DNA of 64,000 nucleotides from Bdellovibrionales bacterium (GTDB lineage Bacteria; Bdellovibrionota; Bdellovibrionia; Bdellovibrionales; UBA1609): NCBI GenBank assembly GCA_043764155.1, contig JAYUKW010000030.1, positions 28,603 to 92,602 of the forward strand, read 5' to 3'. Shown piece by piece: positions 38,304 to 45,886 of this stretch (position 1 is its first letter; each line of letters starts with the position of its first letter). The notes under the pieces were generated by a model. It saw only the letters and a program-made list of their open reading frames with translations, ran no database searches and was not told where the DNA came from. The position numbers and the translations under genes were made by a program.

Positions 38304-39467
38304 ATGGTGGGATTAAAGTATTTTCTGTATAGTATTTTAATATCATATTTTTTTTGTTTATCTGTAAATGCTAAATATATTTATATTTTAGATTTTGATG
38401 GAACTCTAGTTGATGACGCTAGATTAAATAGCTCGTGGAAAACCCCTTGGATTTTAAGAAAAGTAGATCAATTAAGATCAAGCACTCAATTAAATAACTC
38501 GATTCGCAGTTCACCAGAGACCATTGAAGTCTCATACGGCGAATACATTCAAATGATGGGATTGTGGTCCGTTGGAAATGGATCCCTTGGCAGCTTTAAA
38601 GAAGTTGCATTAACTGATGACCCTTATTTAAAACGACCTAAAGTCATTATTCCTGGTCAGTACTATGTTGATCCGAACATCACATATAAATATTATCGAA
38701 ACGGTTCTCAAGGAGAAAGCCATCTCGTAAATAATTTTATTGAAGCTAGAAATAGAATTGAACGACAGAAATTAAACCCATTAGACTTTGCAGGACTTGC
38801 CTTTCCGGTTTTTGAAAAAGCCATGAGCCAGACAAGTACGGTCGGTGATGTCCATATATTTACCGCTCGAAATCAAACAGCGGATGAATTTCAAACTTTA
38901 TTTAATCAATTACAATTATTCGGATTTATAAATTATGCCACTGGTGAAAATAAACGAGGACTCCCAACTGCACCTACTATTCATCAACTTCAGGGAATTG
39001 ATTCTATTCTTTATGGAAGAAACTTGATTGAAGGCAAAAAATCTGTTGTTGAAAGCTTGATCCGTCAAATCGCAAATAGCTCTTCGACTCCGACTTTAGA
39101 TTATTCCGCTGAAAATCCTAATCTTATTGTTTCCACTCATACAATCATAGTGGCTGAGGATGATCCTATTAACATTAAAGCCTTAATGCTTTTGATGAAT
39201 GAATTATCGCATGCCCATACGACACGAAAATTAAAACTGGTATTAATGAACACGGGTTCTGATTCAATTTTAAATAAATCGCCCTTTCCGTATAACACTC
39301 GCTGGATTGTTTTTAATCAGGGCTTCCCCAGAGCTGCTATTGAAAATGAAATCAAAAACTACATAGGTGAAAATTCAATTCCACAAAATGTAGTACCTTT
39401 AAACTCTTTAACTCCTAATAGCGCTGCTATGTGTTCCGCTTTTTTAAATAACTCAAAGGAGCAATAA
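38304..39467 (+). CDS. exported HAD-superfamily phosphatase-like protein with C-terminal CxxFL tag
   Basis: Signal peptide ..SVNA; ILDFDGTL (motif I), IFTARN (II), GKK (III), AEDD (IV); CSAFLN near the C-terminus. Confidence 0.75.
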   Translation: MVGLKYFLYSILISYFFCLSVNAKYIYILDFDGTLVDDARLNSSWKTPWILRKVDQLRSSTQLNNSIRSSPETIEVSYGEYIQMMGLWSVGNGSLGSFKEVALTDDPYLKRPKVIIPGQYYVDPNITYKYYRNGSQGESHLVNNFIEARNRIERQKLNPLDFAGLAFPVFEKAMSQTSTVGDVHIFTARNQTADEFQTLFNQLQLFGFINYATGENKRGLPTAPTIHQLQGIDSILYGRNLIEGKKSVVESLIRQIANSSSTPTLDYSAENPNLIVSTHTIIVAEDDPINIKALMLLMNELSHAHTTRKLKLVLMNTGSDSILNKSPFPYNTRWIVFNQGFPRAAIENEIKNYIGENSIPQNVVPLNSLTPNSAAMCSAFLNNSKEQ

Positions 39468-42148
39468 TGAAATACCTAAGTGTAATTGTATTTAGCTCCA
39501 TCATTAAAATAAGCTTTGTTTTTAGTTCAACATCTTCTTTAGCATCAACAGAATGCTTAAACTTTTTATCCCAATCCTCTCAAACTGAGCTTACTCTAGG
39601 AGTCGATCAAGAGGTTATTGCACTTCAAGCTGCTGAGATATTATTTGAACACGCTATGACTTCGCCTTCACGTAAAAAGGTTAACCATGAATCACAACAC
39701 CAAGTAAATGGATATTTAATCGAAGTCGTAACCAACTTTTTTATACAAAATAAAAAAGTACCGACTGCAAATGAAATAGAAGCTTTGTTGAGTATTAGTT
39801 TAGGTCAAAGCGCCAAAGGCTTTTTTGCACAAATTTTAACCCATGGATTAGACGCCTACTTTCAAACTGACGGGGCACCAAACTCCATTTTTGAAATTTT
39901 ACAAGTGGCTGTTAATGTCGCCCGACGTTCAATATTTTTTCCATTCAAAGATCAACTTAGATTAGATGTAATGAAATTTTTTGCTTCACGCTTAAGAACC
40001 CCGTCGCTTTTAGAACTAGCTAAGCTTAAAAATTTAGATGAAAGAGTTATAAGTTTATTTATTCCAAATGCAGACAGCTTTATAAAAAAAGCGATTGAAT
40101 TAAATCCTGATCATATAAACTCAGTCCGTGAAATTATTCTAGCTGTCTACTTTCGAGCTTTAAGCCAAAAAGATTTGGAAGAATCTAAACGAACTCAACC
40201 AACTTCGCCGACTTATGAAAGCTTATTTCTGTCCTTAAGAGCTTCAAAAATCTTACCTGATTTATCTAAAGATATTGAACGAGGCATCTTTACTGTAGAT
40301 CATTTAAAAATACTTATTGATGGTCATCCAGAATTTTCATCATTCATGCGATTGAGTTTATTTTCAGGATTAAAAAGTTTAGAAAATACGGCGAGACTAC
40401 AACGCCCAGGTGCCTTTAAAAACTTTATTCCCGCAGAAGTATATAATCCAGAACGAACAACCGCCTTACTTAAAGCCATGAAACAAAAACAAGGTTTTCT
40501 GATCACTTCAGTGAATGCAGGAATGCCAATCAATGAAGCTATGTTAATCACAATGCTTAAATTTGCTCGCGAAAAAAATTATGACATTGTTGTGATCCCA
40601 ACTGGTGGAATTTTGGATGGTTTAGATTCAAGACTTTTAGAACACTCTAATATTCATATTCTTACACATACAGTTCAAAATAAATTTCTAAGACTTTGGA
40701 ATATCCCTGTCCTTCCTAAAAATCAAAATGGTTTAGCTTCGCTTAGTAACCCTAAACAACATAAACCGATGCAAACAACCATCGTTGGGCATCCAACAAT
40801 TCAACATTACAATGTACCAACTGCGACCAATAGCTCCAGACATACATCGATTTGGTCCACCGGCTCATTAAGTCAAAACAACTACCCTTACCGACATGCA
40901 GTTCAAGGTCGAACGGCATCGCTTGCTAAAAATCAGCATACTAACGGATTTTTAGTTTTAGAAAAAGCCGACGGAGAATCTGGATTCGACAAAGAAGGTG
41001 TTTCAAACTTTTGGCACACTCGCCCCGTTTACTTTACAGATGATTTTAAAACCTTAACAAAAATAGCAGGCTTTACTGATAATGGGACAAAATATTTTGT
41101 TACTGAATCTGATAGATATAATTTAAATTCAGTCAAAAAAGTTGCGGCTAAAATTGATACCTTAGTGCTTGGGGATTTACATGAAAGACTATCAGACTCT
41201 ATGTTTTTAAATGCACTTGTAGACTATTTAAAATCACATCCAGAAATTAAACGTATCGTTTTACATGATCCAATAGATGGCGGATCACACAATCGACATG
41301 AAGCTAAATCCATTTCATTGCTTCGTAAAAAGTTTGCTAAAGGCGAGTTAGACTATCACAAAGAAATGATGGGACTGGTCCAAGTGATTAATGCATTAAC
41401 TTCTATTCGACCAGATTTAAATATAATCGTCGCAGACTCAAATCATAGTTACTGGGGACAACAATTATTAAGCGGAGCTACCGAGTTTCAAGAAATCGCC
41501 AATGGGGACTTTTTAAGTGAGCTTAGATTTGCACAAAGAGTTTATAGTTTTTCCGATCCACTAGAATATGTTTTAAAATATAGAAATGATTTTATTAATA
41601 ATCTTCCAAGACACTCACAAATTGAAATGCTTAAAACAGCTATTTTAGTTGAAAATCCGAACCAAGTTGCAGTCTTAGGATTTGGTCGAAATTATGTAGT
41701 TGGACCGGAGTATAGACAAACTCATGTGAACTTCCATGGACACCAAGGCGCTAATGGGGCAAAGCCCTCTCCTAAGTCTCACGCTATTGGGTCGGAGAGC
41801 GCCATCACAGGGGATTCCCACCAATCCTATATACTTGGAAACTGGATGAGCGTTGGAACTGCGACAGCCCTACAGGTGGGTTACAATGATGGGGGTTATT
41901 CTGCATGGAGTAATTCTTTTGCAGTTATTTATAATGATGGATCCAAACAGCTGTTTACTTACTCCAGCGAAACTGGGACATTTATGGCTCGTGAAGCTGC
42001 GACATCAATGACCGAAGAGGAATTTTTTGGAACCGAAGCTCTAGAAATTTTAATGAATGACAATGATGTAGTTCAAGGTGTTATCGTCGATCAAAATACA
42101 CATATTATAAATTCACTTTCAAACGCAGGCCGAAGAAAAGATAGGTAG
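39467..42148 (+). CDS. exported protein with C-terminal calcineurin-like metallophosphoesterase resembling phage T5 A1-family proteins
   Basis: Signal-like N-terminus + CLNFLS; FLITS..., STGSLSQNNY, LGDLHE, LHDPIDGGSHNRH, SNH, FHGHQGANGA, GDSH, GYNDGGYSAWS; TAATG coupling to the upstream gene. Confidence 0.75.
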   Translation: MKYLSVIVFSSIIKISFVFSSTSSLASTECLNFLSQSSQTELTLGVDQEVIALQAAEILFEHAMTSPSRKKVNHESQHQVNGYLIEVVTNFFIQNKKVPTANEIEALLSISLGQSAKGFFAQILTHGLDAYFQTDGAPNSIFEILQVAVNVARRSIFFPFKDQLRLDVMKFFASRLRTPSLLELAKLKNLDERVISLFIPNADSFIKKAIELNPDHINSVREIILAVYFRALSQKDLEESKRTQPTSPTYESLFLSLRASKILPDLSKDIERGIFTVDHLKILIDGHPEFSSFMRLSLFSGLKSLENTARLQRPGAFKNFIPAEVYNPERTTALLKAMKQKQGFLITSVNAGMPINEAMLITMLKFAREKNYDIVVIPTGGILDGLDSRLLEHSNIHILTHTVQNKFLRLWNIPVLPKNQNGLASLSNPKQHKPMQTTIVGHPTIQHYNVPTATNSSRHTSIWSTGSLSQNNYPYRHAVQGRTASLAKNQHTNGFLVLEKADGESGFDKEGVSNFWHTRPVYFTDDFKTLTKIAGFTDNGTKYFVTESDRYNLNSVKKVAAKIDTLVLGDLHERLSDSMFLNALVDYLKSHPEIKRIVLHDPIDGGSHNRHEAKSISLLRKKFAKGELDYHKEMMGLVQVINALTSIRPDLNIIVADSNHSYWGQQLLSGATEFQEIANGDFLSELRFAQRVYSFSDPLEYVLKYRNDFINNLPRHSQIEMLKTAILVENPNQVAVLGFGRNYVVGPEYRQTHVNFHGHQGANGAKPSPKSHAIGSESAITGDSHQSYILGNWMSVGTATALQVGYNDGGYSAWSNSFAVIYNDGSKQLFTYSSETGTFMAREAATSMTEEEFFGTEALEILMNDNDVVQGVIVDQNTHIINSLSNAGRRKDR

Positions 42149-42170
42149 CTACATAATTAATTATGTAGCT
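42147..42170. terminator. palindrome between convergent genes (probable bidirectional terminator)
   Basis: AGCTACATAATT|AATTATGTAGCT perfect 24-bp palindrome. Confidence 0.55.
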
Positions 42171-42185
42171 TAGTAAAAAATAAAT

Positions 42186-42866
42186 TTATTTTTTGTCAAA
42201 AGACATCACTTCGAACTGTCGAATATAGTCTTTTATTTTGGGACCTAGGTGATCCGAATTGAAGATATAGGGCCCAAAAATTTCTTCATCAGGATTTACA
42301 ACTTCACCTGTTTTTAAGGCATAATTATTTTCAACTAATCTATTCCAGACTTTTTTTGCATATGTGGATTGGTGTGTTGAAGAAAGTAAAACGTGGCCCG
42401 GATTAAGTTCAAAAAATTTAGATGCCGCCAAAAGATAAGTTAAAAACCCAACCCCTTTACCTCTATATCTATCTAACATAATCAATGAAAGGCTTGTGCG
42501 CCAAGTATTTTCAATGACTTTGGATTTTGTAATATCTAACCTCATAATCGTAATACCTTCATAAAGTACATTTAAAGTTAGCACATCTTCAATATCATCA
42601 AACGACTTTTCGCTAATAAATTCTAAGTGAATTTCTTTTGTTTCAAGTCCTAATTCTTGCCATGCCTTAGATGGATCAAAGTCACCAGTAGTATACTTAT
42701 AATTTTCAATATAAGCGTGATTAGAATCCGAATTCAAAAAATAATTGCAGGCCTTTCTTTGAATATTAATTTTATATGGATTTTTTATTTTGGATTTATC
42801 ATTCCTAGAGTGCGAAAGCACAGGAATCAAAAAAAGTAGAATCAAAAATTTTAATTTCATTTTCAC
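42186..42866 (-). CDS. exported GNAT-like acetyltransferase with CxxFL tag
   Basis: Signal peptide; CNYFLN at aa 40-45; RYRGKGVG acetyl-CoA loop; SSTHQSTYAKKVWNRL. Confidence 0.68.
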   Translation of the reverse strand: MKMKLKFLILLFLIPVLSHSRNDKSKIKNPYKINIQRKACNYFLNSDSNHAYIENYKYTTGDFDPSKAWQELGLETKEIHLEFISEKSFDDIEDVLTLNVLYEGITIMRLDITKSKVIENTWRTSLSLIMLDRYRGKGVGFLTYLLAASKFFELNPGHVLLSSTHQSTYAKKVWNRLVENNYALKTGEVVNPDEEIFGPYIFNSDHLGPKIKDYIRQFEVMSFDKK

Positions 42867-42934
42867 AGATTTTAATAAACAAAAAACATAAATAAATAAT
42901 AGATAAATCAGCTAATATGAAATTATTCCAAAAC

Positions 42935-43942
42935 CTACTCCAAAACGTAGTTTTTAGGATCCACCGGAATTCCATTTACACGGACCTCATAGTGAACATG
43001 GGGGCCCGAAGATCTACCTGTGTTTCCAATGGCAGAGATTTTATCTCGTCTAGATATGTTCTGACCGACTTTGACAAAGACTTTTGAATTGTGAGCGAAT
43101 CTTGTGACAACACCGAACCCATGGTCAATTGAGACTATTTTTCCATATCCTGGTTCATAACCCACATAGGATACAACCCCGGCTGCCGGTGAAAAAACGG
43201 GCGTTCCAATAGGTCCCGCGACATCTAATCCTTTATGCAAAGTTACTTTTCCAGTGAAGGGATCATTTCTATATCCAAAGTGCGACGACACCCAACCGTA
43301 AGCAGGATAAATACTTGGGGTGTGGTCTAGTAAATCTCGTCTTTCAGACAAGTCATCCCAAAGCTTCGTCATATTAAGTTCAACTTTTTGAGATGATTTA
43401 CTTGATTGCATGATTCTGACTTCAAGATCTGAAAAGAATCGAGTGGATGAAGACTGAATAGCATTAGGCGACCTTGAAAAAAGGGGCCATTTGAAAAATG
43501 TTAACTTTTGTTCTGGTTTTTCTACATCATTCGTATTGGCCACATCACGATCGGATTTATTTGGAACTAGATTTTCACCTGGACGTGGCTCAGAACTAAA
43601 AACCAAATCAAGTTCACGGTCTTCATCTGTCACATCAGTAATGGCCTTCAACTTAGTACTTAAGGATTTAACTTTTTCAATTTGAAGCTCTAAGGAAGAT
43701 AACTTGGCCGAAAGACTGACATACTGCTTTTCCATCTGCTCGTTTTTAACTTTTAAAATTTTATTTTCATTACTTGTGGCCACCAACTGAAAATAATCCC
43801 CGACAATTCCAACTAAGATCAAAAATAAGACCGCCGTAATAAATATAGAAAAGTGGATCCAACCACGCGATAAAGTTAATACACGAATAGGGGCTTTGTG
43901 GTTTCCCGAAATAATAATATTATACTTTCTGTCTGATCTCAT
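42935..43942 (-). CDS. M23-family metallopeptidase with TM anchor and coiled coil
   Basis: FGYRNDPFTG...HKGLD, GYGK.V.IDHG, TRFAH, GNTGRSSGPHVHYEV. Confidence 0.93.
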   Translation of the reverse strand: MRSDRKYNIIISGNHKAPIRVLTLSRGWIHFSIFITAVLFLILVGIVGDYFQLVATSNENKILKVKNEQMEKQYVSLSAKLSSLELQIEKVKSLSTKLKAITDVTDEDRELDLVFSSEPRPGENLVPNKSDRDVANTNDVEKPEQKLTFFKWPLFSRSPNAIQSSSTRFFSDLEVRIMQSSKSSQKVELNMTKLWDDLSERRDLLDHTPSIYPAYGWVSSHFGYRNDPFTGKVTLHKGLDVAGPIGTPVFSPAAGVVSYVGYEPGYGKIVSIDHGFGVVTRFAHNSKVFVKVGQNISRRDKISAIGNTGRSSGPHVHYEVRVNGIPVDPKNYVLE

Positions 43943-44098
43943 TTTACCTTTTTAGCTTTTAAATTTGTCATTAAAAATTTTGCATTAAAATTAATTTTCT
44001 AAATCCTTGAAACTGGCTCTAGAGGATAAAATCCTATAGATACTTCATTATTACGAACATTTTTGTAGGGCGTCAAAATTCCGACGACACTCGCTTCC

Positions 44099-44824
44099 CT
44101 AATTAAGACTAATGACTAGGCAACTTATATTATCCACGCCCCCAGCAGTATTGGCTTCATCAATACATATCTGGGCCACTTTTTCTATTGGGTTTGAAGC
44201 CAAAATTCTAGCAATATTCGTATTTGATACCATTCCCGTTAAACCATCAGAACATATTAAAAATACATCACCCTTAGTGTATGTTCTAAAAACCACATCA
44301 ATTTTAACTGTTTGGTCATAGCCCACGCTTCGTGTGATGACGTTTTTACCAATCACGGCTTCAGCTTTATCGGGATCAATAATTCCTGCTCGAATTTGTT
44401 CTTGGACCAGGGAGTGGTCCTCGGTGATCTGCCAGATTTTTTTGCTTCTGTACAAATAGGCTCGTGAATCCCCCACATTAGAGATAAAAATCTTATGTTG
44501 CGTTGCATAGAAGGCCACCATTGTGGTTCCCATTCCTTCAAGATCCTTGTTTGAAGCCTTATGGCTGGTTTCATAGATACGGTCATTTGCAAGTTTATAA
44601 GCGGTCTCTAATCGACTCTCGACAGGACTAGATGTTGTCGCCTCATGAGCTAAAACTTCTTGTAAAGTTTCAATCGCCATAGCAGATGCGACTTCTCCGC
44701 CCTTATGGCCACCCATACCATCAGCTACAGCATAAATATGGTGCCTGGCATTGACCAGTATTGAGTCCTGGTTGATTTGACGCTTTCGACCCACATCAGT
44801 TTTTCCATAGGCTTTTATTTTCAT
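44099..44824 (-). CDS. PP2C-type Ser/Thr protein phosphatase (Stp1/PrpC-like)
   Basis: TDVGRKRQINQD, VADGMGGH.GGEVAS, GMGTT, NVGDSRAY, CSDGL, GGVDNIS. Confidence 0.95.
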   Translation of the reverse strand: MKIKAYGKTDVGRKRQINQDSILVNARHHIYAVADGMGGHKGGEVASAMAIETLQEVLAHEATTSSPVESRLETAYKLANDRIYETSHKASNKDLEGMGTTMVAFYATQHKIFISNVGDSRAYLYRSKKIWQITEDHSLVQEQIRAGIIDPDKAEAVIGKNVITRSVGYDQTVKIDVVFRTYTKGDVFLICSDGLTGMVSNTNIARILASNPIEKVAQICIDEANTAGGVDNISCLVISLN

Positions 44825-44870
44825 TCTCTTATTGTTTTTCAGTCTTGTTTAAGAGTCCAGTAAAATTGAC

Positions 44871-45857
44871 ATGGCTTTAGGCTCTATTTTTTATCCTCAT
44901 TTTCCGATAAACTCGAAGATGATGAAGTCTGAAAAGCCACAATCAGGGCGGTTTTCATTTTTTTTAATAGTTTCAATTTTAACCCACGTGGTTTTCTTCG
45001 CACTGCTATATCTTGGACCTAGGTATTTATTTTTTACCGAGATTCAGCGTAGAACCAATCATACTATTGAAAATAAAACTGAAGACTTAATCACTCAAAT
45101 TGAATTGATTAATGAAGAAGACTCAAGAAAACAGGTTGTCGAGCAATCTGATACTTCTATTAATGAAGAGATTCCTGATGAGGCCGATTTTTTAAGTGGA
45201 AAAAATCAAAAAGTTAAAGAACAAACTAAAGCGGCAAACAATGGTGCATTTAAAAATACAAGTGCTCCGGGTGTGACTCAAATTGGCTCCAAGGGTCAGG
45301 AGTCTGAATCCAACGAAAAATCTAAATCCAAAAATAACAAAAATGATAACAAACTTGAAATTAAAAATTTTGGATTGAATGGATTTCCGATTGGTGAAAA
45401 ACTTAATGAAAATTCCTATGCAGAAAACAGAAAATCCTCGCCAACTTTATTAGGCGAAGGCCCTAGTCAGACTGATGATTACTTAAAAGATGTTGAAGCT
45501 GGTGACCAGACGCTTTTGAATACAAAAGAATTTATTTATTACTCTTATTTTATGCGAGTCAAAGACCAATTAAGAAGTCATTGGAATCCAAGAATTCGTC
45601 AAAACATCCAAGTTCTTTATGCTAAAGATAGGAGTATTGCCAATTCAACTTTAAAGTCGACATCCATTCGGGTGACACTAAATAAAAGTGGTTACTTAGA
45701 AAAAATTGAACTTTTAAAAACTTCTGGCTACGAAGAGTTAGATATTGCAGCTATTCAAGCTTTTAGATCCGCAGCCCCATTTTTAAACCCACCGCCGGGT
45801 TTATTAGAGAAAGACAAACGCATTCGAATCGTCTGGGATTTTATTTTAGAATCTTAG
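44871..45857 (+). CDS. TonB/TolA C-terminal domain protein
   Basis: N-terminal TM with S..H (SILTH), low-complexity linker, SGYEELDIAAIQAFRSAAPF.NPP; likely start ATG 44919. Confidence 0.85.
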   Translation: MALGSIFYPHFPINSKMMKSEKPQSGRFSFFLIVSILTHVVFFALLYLGPRYLFFTEIQRRTNHTIENKTEDLITQIELINEEDSRKQVVEQSDTSINEEIPDEADFLSGKNQKVKEQTKAANNGAFKNTSAPGVTQIGSKGQESESNEKSKSKNNKNDNKLEIKNFGLNGFPIGEKLNENSYAENRKSSPTLLGEGPSQTDDYLKDVEAGDQTLLNTKEFIYYSYFMRVKDQLRSHWNPRIRQNIQVLYAKDRSIANSTLKSTSIRVTLNKSGYLEKIELLKTSGYEELDIAAIQAFRSAAPFLNPPPGLLEKDKRIRIVWDFILES

Positions 45858-45886
45858 GTAAATTATATTTATAAAAAGTCTTTTGA

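Noticed and set aside
38304-42866. Prophage remnant as the explanation for the phage-like enzymes
   Set aside because: No structural, integrase or replication genes and no att-like repeats seen; ORFs are intact and carry signal peptides
44086-44097. 12-bp match GACACTCGCTTC shared with the family C spacer (36943-36954)
   Set aside because: A single 12-mer match is expected by chance in 64 kb and there is no flanking similarity
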